Source: Myxococcales bacterium (GTDB lineage: Bacteria > Myxococcota_A > Polyangia > Polyangiales > DASUME01). Taken from it: a stretch of 64,000 nt of DNA. Each line of letters starts with the position of its first letter. Within the stretch, counting starts at the first letter, position 1. The position numbers and the translations under genes are program-made. The stretch is from positions 192,001-256,000 of the forward strand of contig JASGJH010000001.1 in NCBI GenBank assembly GCA_047601445.1, given 5' to 3'. This document shows positions 42,966 to 52,502 of this stretch, one piece after another. The notes beneath the pieces were generated by a model. That model made no database searches. It was not told the DNA's origin and was given only the letters and a program-made list of their open reading frames with translations.

Positions 42966-45229
42966 GGCGCCGAGGGCGTGGGCTTGGTGGGCGCGCTCCC
43001 GCTGGCGCGTGCGCTCGATTCGGGCTTGGCAGCCGTGCTGGCGCCGGGGCGCGTGCTCGGTTCGGCCTTGCTGGTGACGCTGGCCGCCGGACGCGCACTT
43101 GCTTCGGGCTTGGCGGGCGTGCTGGCGCTCGGTCGCGCGCTCGATTCAACCTTGGCGGGCACACTAGCGGCCGGGCGCGTGCTCACCTCGGGCTTGGCAG
43201 GCGTGTTGGCGCGCGCGCTCGGCTCGGGCTTGGGCACGCTGGTTTCAGGGGTAGGGTGGGTGGCAGCGCCGACCTCATCGGTGGCCTCGGCATCAGGTGG
43301 CAGCGCGTCTTCTTCGAGCAGGTTGGGGTCGCCCTCCTCGGAGGACGCTGGCGCCGCCGTGCCCGTGGTGGACTTGCCGGCGTTCCCCAGGCGAGCGATC
43401 AGGCCCTTCTTCTCCAGCTCGGGGATCTGCTTCTCGGGGACGTAGATGATCACCCAGTCGTCCACCTTGAGCTCTTTGTTGCTCCCGAACTGATTGATGC
43501 GCCCGATGGAGCCCACGGAGAGCTCGAACTTCTCGGCCAGCTTGGCCATCGTGTCGTTGGGCTGCACGCGATAGCGCACGCGCACGCGACCACGCTGGCC
43601 CTCGTGAAAGTCGAAGAACTCGTCGGACCCCACGGTGAGCACCTGCACCTGGTCCGGCGTCAGCACCACGGCGCGCCCGAGATCGAGATCCGTGCGTACG
43701 AACAGCTGCAGCAGCATGTCCTTTTGCAGCACGCCGCCCTCGGTGAGATTGTTCCACGCGGTCAGCTCGTCGACGCTCACGTCGAAGAAGCGAGCCAGGG
43801 CGCCCGGCGTGTCTTGGCCCGCGACGCGATAGAAGACCTGCCGACGATCCGGGTACGAGAAGGTCTTGGCGGGTACGCTGGCCACCGGCCTGTCGCTGCC
43901 CATGGTGCGGACCTCGGTGACCGCCGGGACCAGCAACGGAAAGCCTGCGCGCACCTCGGCGTCGGCCTTGAGGTCGTTGATGTCCCGCAGCCGCGCGGGG
44001 TTGATCGAGAAGCGACGCGCCACGTCCTCGAGCGTCTCGCCGAAGCGCACCGTGTAGCCCACCTGCTGCCGCGGCTCGTGATTCTTGGACCAGCGTTTGG
44101 CGAACTGGTCGTAGCTCGCGCGCGGCACGTAGACCTGCACGCGCGGCTCCCCGGGCGGGACCTTGCCCTTCTTGAGGTGCGGATTGAGCGTCTTCAGCAG
44201 CTCCACGTCCACGCCGGCCGCGCTGGCAATGGGCCGCAACGGAGTCCCCTCGGGTACGTCGATCTTGGCGAGCTCGATGCTCGGCTCCAGCGAGAGCCCG
44301 CCGAACCCGAAGCGCTCCGGGTTGTTGGCCACGATGGCCATCGCCGTGATCTTCGAGACGTAGAGGGCGGTCTCGAAGGGCAGGCCCGCCTCGAGATGCG
44401 AGAGCACCCAGTAGTCGTTGGTGTTGTACTTGCGAACGGCGCGCAGGAGGGCGCCGTAGCCCATGTTGTAGGCCGCGAAGGCCAGCTCCCAGGTGCCGAA
44501 ACGGTCGTACAGATCGCGCAAAAAGAGCGCTGCGGCCTCGGTCGAGCGCTCCGGGTCCATACGCTCGTCGGTCCAGTGGTCCACGCGCAGGCCGTAGTGT
44601 TGACCCGCTTGTTTCACGAACTGCCACACACCGAGGGCGTCCTGGGCCGAGTGAGCGAGCGGGTCGTAGCCGCTCTCGATCATCGCCACGAACTGCAGGT
44701 CCTGGGGTAGCGAGTGCTCCGCCAGCACGCGACGGATCATCGGTCCGTAGCGCTCCACGCGCTTGAGCCAGGCGGCGGCCATGTCGCGCCCGCGCCGGTC
44801 GTTCTTGAAGAACAGCAGGTACTCGATGACTCTGCTGTCCCAGCGGATGGGCAAGTTGGGCAGCTTGAGATCGCTCAAGAACGAAACGTCCACCGGAGTA
44901 CCGGCGGCCCCCGTGAAGCGCCTGGGTGGCGTCTCCGTGCTCAACGCGTCGGCTACGCCGTACGCGCAGTCGGGGTCATAGGGGGCATCGAGCTCGCGGG
45001 CGCCTGCCCCGAACAGCTCCTCCTCGGCCAGGCGCATGGCCCGCAGCTCGGGGGACTCGAGGGCCTCGCTGATACCCTCGAGAGCCTCCTGGCTCCAGGT
45101 GCTGGCATAGAGTCGGCCATCCGCCCGCACCGGTGCCGCGCTCGCCAGAAGGAGCGGGCCGAGGGCAAGACAGCTGCCGAGCATGCGCGAGGAACGACCA
45201 GAGAACATAGATGCCAACGGACCGCGCAA
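42962..45229 (-). CDS. MltD-like lytic transglycosylase with LysM domains and repetitive C-terminal tail
   Basis: AMIESG, GVWQF, AAYNMG (SLT domain); LysM-like YTVRFGETL and YRVQPNDTM; start uncertain. Confidence 0.88.
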   Translation of the reverse strand: MRGPLASMFSGRSSRMLGSCLALGPLLLASAAPVRADGRLYASTWSQEALEGISEALESPELRAMRLAEEELFGAGARELDAPYDPDCAYGVADALSTETPPRRFTGAAGTPVDVSFLSDLKLPNLPIRWDSRVIEYLLFFKNDRRGRDMAAAWLKRVERYGPMIRRVLAEHSLPQDLQFVAMIESGYDPLAHSAQDALGVWQFVKQAGQHYGLRVDHWTDERMDPERSTEAAALFLRDLYDRFGTWELAFAAYNMGYGALLRAVRKYNTNDYWVLSHLEAGLPFETALYVSKITAMAIVANNPERFGFGGLSLEPSIELAKIDVPEGTPLRPIASAAGVDVELLKTLNPHLKKGKVPPGEPRVQVYVPRASYDQFAKRWSKNHEPRQQVGYTVRFGETLEDVARRFSINPARLRDINDLKADAEVRAGFPLLVPAVTEVRTMGSDRPVASVPAKTFSYPDRRQVFYRVAGQDTPGALARFFDVSVDELTAWNNLTEGGVLQKDMLLQLFVRTDLDLGRAVVLTPDQVQVLTVGSDEFFDFHEGQRGRVRVRYRVQPNDTMAKLAEKFELSVGSIGRINQFGSNKELKVDDWVIIYVPEKQIPELEKKGLIARLGNAGKSTTGTAAPASSEEGDPNLLEEDALPPDAEATDEVGAATHPTPETSVPKPEPSARANTPAKPEVSTRPAASVPAKVESSARPSASTPAKPEASARPAASVTSKAEPSTRPGASTAAKPESSARASGSAPTKPTPSAP

Positions 45230-45327
45230 GCACGGCCTCGCACAGGCTAGCGTCGGGGGTCCGCCAGGGCCAGAAAGTGGATTCTATTGAATGGAGGGGA
45301 GGGCGGAGCCGGTCGCCCGGTCGAAGC

Positions 45328-45430
45328 GCGCCCTCGGGGGCGCGAGCGGAGAGAAATGCGCCCTCGGGGGCGCGAGCGGAGAGAAATGCGCCCTCGGGGC
45401 GCGAGCGGAGAGAAATGCGCCCTCGGGCGC
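45328..45430. repeat. Tandem array of ~30-bp palindromic units (gcgccctcgggggcgcgagcggagagaaat x3 + partial)
   Basis: Units at 45328, 45358, 45388 (one G fewer) and partial 45417; each has a GCGCCC/GGGCGC stem. Confidence 0.92.
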
Positions 45431-45435
45431 GGAGA

Positions 45436-46320
45436 TCAGACGCAGACGCGGTTGCGACCCGAGCGCTTGGCTTCGTAGAGCTTCACGTCAGCGGCCTTGG
45501 TGAGCTTGATGGGGTCGTCGTCCGCCTTGAGCATGGTGCAGCCGATGGAGATGGTGACCGCGATGCGCTCGCCTTCGAACTCGAAGGAGTGATCCGCGAT
45601 GAGCTTGCGCAGCTCCTCGGCGATGACCGCTGCGCCGTTGAGGTCGGTCTCGGGCAGCAGCACCGCGAACTCCTCACCGCCGTAGCGCGCGATTACGTCG
45701 TCCGGACGCAGCCGCGAGCGCACCACGCCAGCGGCCTCCTTGAGCACGTAGTCACCGGCGATGTGGCCGTAGGTGTCGTTCACGCTCTTGAAGTGGTCCA
45801 GGTCGAACATGCACAGCGCCAGCGGACGCTGATGGCGAATGGCGCGCGGCAGCTCGCGCTCGAGGGTCTCGAGCAAGAAGCGCTTGTTGTGCACGTTGGT
45901 GAGCCCATCCATGATCGTCATGCGATAGATGGTCTCGTGGTACTGGGCCTCGACGTCCTGGCCGCTCAAGTACTTGAAGATGGTGTCGCCGACCTTGATC
46001 TGGTCGCCCCGACGAAGCTGGTATTCCTCGACCAGGTCGTCGTTCACGTAGGTGCCGTTGGTGGAGCCCAGATCCTTCACGAACCAGGCCGTCTTGCGCT
46101 TGTCGATGCGACAGTGCCGGCGCGACACGCTGTCGGACGGCAGCACGATTTGGTTGCCGCGCTCGCGGCCGATCCGCAGTGTCTCGTTGCCGAGCACCTG
46201 GCGCTTGCCGAAGTTGCGGGCGTCAGGCGAATAAATCACGACCAAACAGTCGTCGCCACTGCCCTCGGGCTGGGCGACTTCGCTCAGTGGCGTGATGCGG
46301 GTTTTGACCTCGGAATCCAA
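45436..46320 (-). CDS. FHA-GGDEF diguanylate cyclase
   Basis: IGR...VSRRH...DLGSTNGT FHA motifs; RPDD I-site and RYGGEEF; TTG start. Confidence 0.92.
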   Translation of the reverse strand: MDSEVKTRITPLSEVAQPEGSGDDCLVVIYSPDARNFGKRQVLGNETLRIGRERGNQIVLPSDSVSRRHCRIDKRKTAWFVKDLGSTNGTYVNDDLVEEYQLRRGDQIKVGDTIFKYLSGQDVEAQYHETIYRMTIMDGLTNVHNKRFLLETLERELPRAIRHQRPLALCMFDLDHFKSVNDTYGHIAGDYVLKEAAGVVRSRLRPDDVIARYGGEEFAVLLPETDLNGAAVIAEELRKLIADHSFEFEGERIAVTISIGCTMLKADDDPIKLTKAADVKLYEAKRSGRNRVCV

Positions 46321-46365
46321 GAGACTGAAGGATCGCTTTCCAGCGGAGAGAACCGGCTACCAACC

Positions 46366-46394
46366 AGCCTAAAAACCCTCGTGATGCCCGTCAA
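46366..46394 (-). promoter_or_regulatory. Sigma70-type promoter of the FHA-GGDEF gene
   Basis: TTGACG-17 nt-TAGGCT on the minus strand. Confidence 0.55.
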
Positions 46395-46678
46395 GACTTG
46401 CGCGCGTCCGCCCGTGCTTTGGGGCTCACACAGTTGCGCGGCGCGGCCCCTGTGGGGGAAGGCGGACAGTGTCGAGCAGCGTAGGCCCGCGGTGGTCGAT
46501 GTGAGGAGTTCGAACACGCTGTCTCGGGCGATTCGGTCCATGTTGGAACGCCGCCGGGCACTGGTGGGGAGGGCCGCGCCCTGATCGGCTTGGTGCGCCC
46601 GAGTCACCCCGAGGGCGCCCACGCTCGGACAATCGCTCCCTTTGGCCGCTCGGAGTGCTGCGGAATTCAAAGGATGCG

Positions 46679-46707
46679 TTGACACAGGACCCGCTGCAGC
46701 ATACGAA
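46679..46707 (+). promoter_or_regulatory. Possible sigma70 promoter of the HD-GYP gene
   Basis: Perfect TTGACA, 17-nt spacer, weak -10 TACGAA. Confidence 0.35.
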
Positions 46708-46733
46708 AAAGGGAAGGGGTTGCGGCAGCTTCC

Positions 46734-48233
<1,500 letters not shown>

Positions 48234-48327
48234 CGGGCTCGGGCTCGGCCGCGACCACGAGAGGGTGGGACGGGCTCTTTGCCGATTCGAGGTCGGGGTC
48301 GAGCCGTAGTTGCTCTCCCCGCAGCCC

Positions 48328-50097
48328 CTACTGCACGGCCGTCGGCGTGGGCCCAGCCTCAGTCCCGGTCTGCTGAGCGGCTTCCGTGGACTGCCGTCCG
48401 GACTCTTCGCTCTTCTTCTCGAGCGCTTCCTCGACCGCCTTCTTCACTTCTTCGTCGCTCGCGTCGCCCTCTGGAATGGGGAGCGGTGCCTCACCGCGTT
48501 CGCTGGCTTCCTGCCACGGATAGCGAATGCGGTGGTGGTGCATCTTCACCAGCGTGTCCACCAGCTTCTTGGAGATCACGCGCAGGTCCTCGATGGTGAG
48601 GCCCGACTCGTCGAGCTGACCCTGGCGCAGCTTCACGAACATGATGCGGTTCACCATCTCCTCGAACTTCTCGCGTTCGGGGGGATCGATGGTACGCGAC
48701 GCGGCCTCGATGGCATCCACCAACATCAAGATGGCGGTCTCCTTGGTGCGGGGCCGCATCCCGGGGTAACGGAAGAAATTCTCGCTCAGGTTCTTGGGAT
48801 TTCCCTGGCCGAGGCACTTGTGCCAGAAGTACTCGATGACGCTGGTGCCGTGGTGCGTGTAGGCGAACTCCACGACCGGCTCTGGAATGCGCCCATCGCG
48901 CAGGATGCGCGCGCCCTCCACCACGTGCGCCATGATCGCGTCGGCGCTGACATCGGGCTCGAGTCCCTCGTGTGGTGAGATCTCACCGGGCTCGAGGTTC
49001 TCGATGAAGTACTTGCACTGACAGGTCTTGCCGAGGTCGTGGTAGTACGCGCCCACGCGCGTGAGCAGGGCGTCGGCTCCGATAGAGGACGCCGCGGCTT
49101 CGGCCAGGTTCGCCATGGCGCGCGCGTGCTCCCAGGACCCCGGGGCTTCACGCGCCATCTTTTGCAACAGGGGCTGGGTGAGGTCGGCCAGATCGAGCAG
49201 GCGTGCGCGCGGCACGGCGCCGAGCAAGCGCCCCACGGGAGCCTGCAGGAAGGCGCCGATCACGCCTGGAAGCAGGCCGCCGATGGCGCCGCTGATGACG
49301 TCGGAGTGCTGCCACGTAGACAGGTCACCGCGCAGCGAGATGCCACCGCGGAACAACATGGTGTTGGCGATGACCATGGTGGCGTTGGCAGCCGCCGCGG
49401 CCAGGCCGGCCAGCAAGATGTCGCTGCTGCGTCGGCGGGCGCGCAGGGCGAGGGTGACCGTGAAGCTGCTGGCCAGGAACGCGAGTAGGTACTCGAGCCG
49501 GAAGTCGGTGAGTGACGCGCAGAGGAAGCTGGCGGCCATGCCGACCATGAAGGCCGTGCGGCGATCCAGGAACAACGAGACCCAGAGAGGCAACGCCGCC
49601 ACCGGCAACACGTAGGCACTGGCGTCGGTTAAAAGCAGCACGAGCTTGGACAGCGCCATCGCGGTGACCGTCAGCGCGAGCAATCCGACCTGGGTCCTGA
49701 GCAGGGTGCCGTAGCTCAAGCTGAAGCGCCTGAGGTACGTCGTCATCATGACGCTGATCAGGAAGTACACGAACCATACCCCGAGCAGCGTGCCCAGGCG
49801 CACGGGGCGCCGCGCGCTCTCGTAGAGCGTGATGTACTCGGCGATGCTGGCGTCGCTCGTACTGGTGCCGCGCGAGATGATGGGCGCCACGCGCACCAGC
49901 TGCGAGACCCCTTGAGAATTGGCCGCGCGCATCGCGACGGGCGGCAAGCGCAGCGTGACGGGCGCGGATTGATCGGGGCGCACTCGCAACGGCTCGAAAA
50001 AGGTCTCGCCAACGCTAATGATGGTCAGCAGCGTGGCGGTGACCGCGCTCATGATGAGGCCGGCACGGGGGCCAGCGATCAGACGAGTACGCAGCAT
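48328..50097 (-). CDS. 7TM-HD phosphohydrolase (PgpH-like)
   Basis: Multi-TM region, then APGSWEH, GAYYHDLGK, YFIEN, HHGT, FRYPG and MLVDAIEAA. Confidence 0.85.
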   Translation of the reverse strand: MLRTRLIAGPRAGLIMSAVTATLLTIISVGETFFEPLRVRPDQSAPVTLRLPPVAMRAANSQGVSQLVRVAPIISRGTSTSDASIAEYITLYESARRPVRLGTLLGVWFVYFLISVMMTTYLRRFSLSYGTLLRTQVGLLALTVTAMALSKLVLLLTDASAYVLPVAALPLWVSLFLDRRTAFMVGMAASFLCASLTDFRLEYLLAFLASSFTVTLALRARRRSSDILLAGLAAAAANATMVIANTMLFRGGISLRGDLSTWQHSDVISGAIGGLLPGVIGAFLQAPVGRLLGAVPRARLLDLADLTQPLLQKMAREAPGSWEHARAMANLAEAAASSIGADALLTRVGAYYHDLGKTCQCKYFIENLEPGEISPHEGLEPDVSADAIMAHVVEGARILRDGRIPEPVVEFAYTHHGTSVIEYFWHKCLGQGNPKNLSENFFRYPGMRPRTKETAILMLVDAIEAASRTIDPPEREKFEEMVNRIMFVKLRQGQLDESGLTIEDLRVISKKLVDTLVKMHHHRIRYPWQEASERGEAPLPIPEGDASDEEVKKAVEEALEKKSEESGRQSTEAAQQTGTEAGPTPTAVQ

Positions 50098-50217
50098 TCG
50101 CCAGTCGATCTCGAAGCCGAGTGGGGACGGGACGGTTCGGTTGCGAGGGGCGCGCGGCGCGACCCTTTCGACGAGCCATCAACCGGCCGGTGCAGAACAC
50201 CCAGCTTTTCGGTCACC

Positions 50218-51771
50218 ATGGCCTGGAGGCTAGTGCTCTCTTTGGAACCTTTCAAGAACCGCGGCTCCCGCGCGCCGGACCCGGTTCGGCCTACAGGTGC
50301 CATCCCGGCGTACAGCGCCAGCGCCCGCTTACGCCGTTGGGTCCCGTGGTGGAGCCTGGTTTCCGCGTGCGTTCTCCTGGGCTTGTTCACGCTCGCCTGG
50401 CCCTTTTCGGTGGACGACGCGTTCATTTTAGCTCGCTACGCACGGCGTCTTTCGGCTGGGCAGGGGTACACGTTTTCGGACGGGCCCCCCACAGACGGTG
50501 TGACGGGGCCGCTGTGGCTCTTGCCGTTGTGGCTGGGGGCTCGATTGGGTCTTCACCCGCTGTCGGTCGGCAAGGTGTTGGGCGGCGCCGCCGCGCTGGT
50601 CGCGGTGGGCCGGGTCGTCGCGCGCGCGCAGGTGCGGGCGCTGGGTCGCGTCCACGCGCCGCTCACGGCGGCATTCTGCCTCACGTCGGTGCCCCTGGTG
50701 ATCTGGCCGGTAGCAGGACTCGAGACGGGACTCGCGACCTGGCTCGTCACCGAGATCGCCCTGGGCATCACGCGCTCACCGGCGCCGCGCATCCGCTGGG
50801 TCGGCATCTGCGTGGGCCTCTTGGCCTGGCTACGTCCCGAGCTCGCGTTCTTTGCTCTGGTGGCGCTGGGCTCGCTCGCAGTGCGGGCGCCCAAGCTGGC
50901 CTGGCGTGCCTGGGTCATCGCGGGAGCATTCGCGATCGCGGTGCTTGCGTTTCGCAAGCTGACGTTCGGTCATTTTCTTCCGATGAGCGGCGCAGCCAAG
51001 CCACCCGAGCTGCGACATGGCATCGAATACATGCGCGGCCCTCTTCTGCGCCCCGAGACGGGGCTCGCCATCGCGGTGTTCGTGGTCGCGCTGCGGGTCA
51101 CGCGCGGTCAGCGCTGGTTCGAGTTCCCGCTGCTGCTCGCGCTCTCGTTCCATGTGCTGTGCGTCGTGTTGGCGGGTGGCGACTGGATGCCAGGTTTTCG
51201 TCTGCTGTGCCCGCTCGTGCCGGTCTTCGCTTGGTGTCTGGCGCGTGCGTTCGTCGCGATTTGGTTGAAACATCGCAGCCTCTTCTGGTGCTTGCTGGTG
51301 CCGCTCTTGACGCTGCGTGGACTCGTGGTCGCCAGCGAGCTGACCACGGCTCGCGCCGCAGGCATCACCCGTGAGCGAGCCTTGCCGCAGCTACGCGAGT
51401 TGCTGCATGCGCAGAGTGGGCTGATCGCGGCGGTGGATGTGGGCTGGCTGGGAGAGGCCTATCCAGGCCCCATTCTCGATCTGGGCGGCCTGACCGATCC
51501 GAGGATTGCCTACTTGCGGGGAGGGCACGTCGACAAGCGCATCGCGAGTCCTTGGCTCAGGGCTCAAGGGGTGACGCTCTTCATGCTGCACAGCGCGCAG
51601 CCGCCGCGCCTCGACGAACAGGGACGCGTGCGGTGGTTTCAAGGATTTCCGGTGGAACGTCGCGTACTCAGCATGCCCTGGGTGGCAGCGAATTATCGCG
51701 TGAGCGAACGCTTTGCCTATCAGCCTGCGTATCACTATGTGCTGCTCACGCCGCGCGCTTCGGCCCCCTAG
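50218..51771 (+). CDS. Polytopic membrane protein, GT-C-like glycosyltransferase
   Basis: VDDAFILARYA, GLET, LRPE, GGDWM and DLGGLTD motifs; many TM helices; start uncertain. Confidence 0.65.
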   Translation: MAWRLVLSLEPFKNRGSRAPDPVRPTGAIPAYSASARLRRWVPWWSLVSACVLLGLFTLAWPFSVDDAFILARYARRLSAGQGYTFSDGPPTDGVTGPLWLLPLWLGARLGLHPLSVGKVLGGAAALVAVGRVVARAQVRALGRVHAPLTAAFCLTSVPLVIWPVAGLETGLATWLVTEIALGITRSPAPRIRWVGICVGLLAWLRPELAFFALVALGSLAVRAPKLAWRAWVIAGAFAIAVLAFRKLTFGHFLPMSGAAKPPELRHGIEYMRGPLLRPETGLAIAVFVVALRVTRGQRWFEFPLLLALSFHVLCVVLAGGDWMPGFRLLCPLVPVFAWCLARAFVAIWLKHRSLFWCLLVPLLTLRGLVVASELTTARAAGITRERALPQLRELLHAQSGLIAAVDVGWLGEAYPGPILDLGGLTDPRIAYLRGGHVDKRIASPWLRAQGVTLFMLHSAQPPRLDEQGRVRWFQGFPVERRVLSMPWVAANYRVSERFAYQPAYHYVLLTPRASAP

Positions 51772-51879
51772 CGCCCCCTAAACGAGCGCGCTGTCAAGCT
51801 CGAACAGGTTGGTTGGCGATCCTGCGTACGCACGTGAATTCGCGCTTGGTAGTTCGCACAGATTTGGCACCATAGACCC

Positions 51880-52446
51880 ATGTCGTCCCTGGCTCCTGGA
51901 TTTCTCGTGGCAGCGCCCATCCTGCGCGATCCCAACTTCGCGGGCAGTGTCGTGTTGATGGTGGAGCACTCGGAGCAGGGTGCGCTCGGCTTCGTCGTGA
52001 ATCGCGTCGCGAACGCGAGTTTGCAGAAGGTGCTCGGACAGCTCGGCGTGGCCGACATTCCGATTCGGCACGAGGTTTCGGTGATGCTGGGCGGACCTGT
52101 TTCGCCGCAGACCGGATGGATCGTGTTCGACGCGCCTGCGCAGGCCGCACAGGATCGCGAGGACGTGCTGATGGTGACGGACTCGCTCGGCGTGAGTGCG
52201 TCCAAGCAGTTTCTGGTCGACGCCGTGAAGGGCGAGGGGCCCGGGCGCGCCATGTTGGTGCAAGGCTACGCGGGTTGGGGCCCCGGACAGCTCGAGCTCG
52301 AGCTGCGCCAGGGCGTATGGATCCCGGTGGACCTCGACGCACGGGTGATCTTCGACGAGCCAGCGGAACGCCGCTGGAGCGCCGCGCTCGGCGTGCTCGG
52401 AATTCACCCCGCTGCGCTGCCCAGGACGCAAATCGCGCAAGCGTGA
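51880..52446 (+). CDS. YqgE/AlgH (UPF0301) family protein
   Basis: DPNFAGSVV, GALGFVVNR, GGPV and GYAGWGPGQLE. Confidence 0.92.
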   Translation: MSSLAPGFLVAAPILRDPNFAGSVVLMVEHSEQGALGFVVNRVANASLQKVLGQLGVADIPIRHEVSVMLGGPVSPQTGWIVFDAPAQAAQDREDVLMVTDSLGVSASKQFLVDAVKGEGPGRAMLVQGYAGWGPGQLELELRQGVWIPVDLDARVIFDEPAERRWSAALGVLGIHPAALPRTQIAQA

Positions 52447-52502
52447 CGCGGGCTTAGCAGGGCCGTTGACCTGCACTCCTGAAGGCGGCGACACTTCGTC
52501 GT

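Noticed and set aside
45328..45430. CRISPR array
   Set aside because: Palindromic ~30-bp units are head-to-tail with no unique spacers, and no cas genes are present
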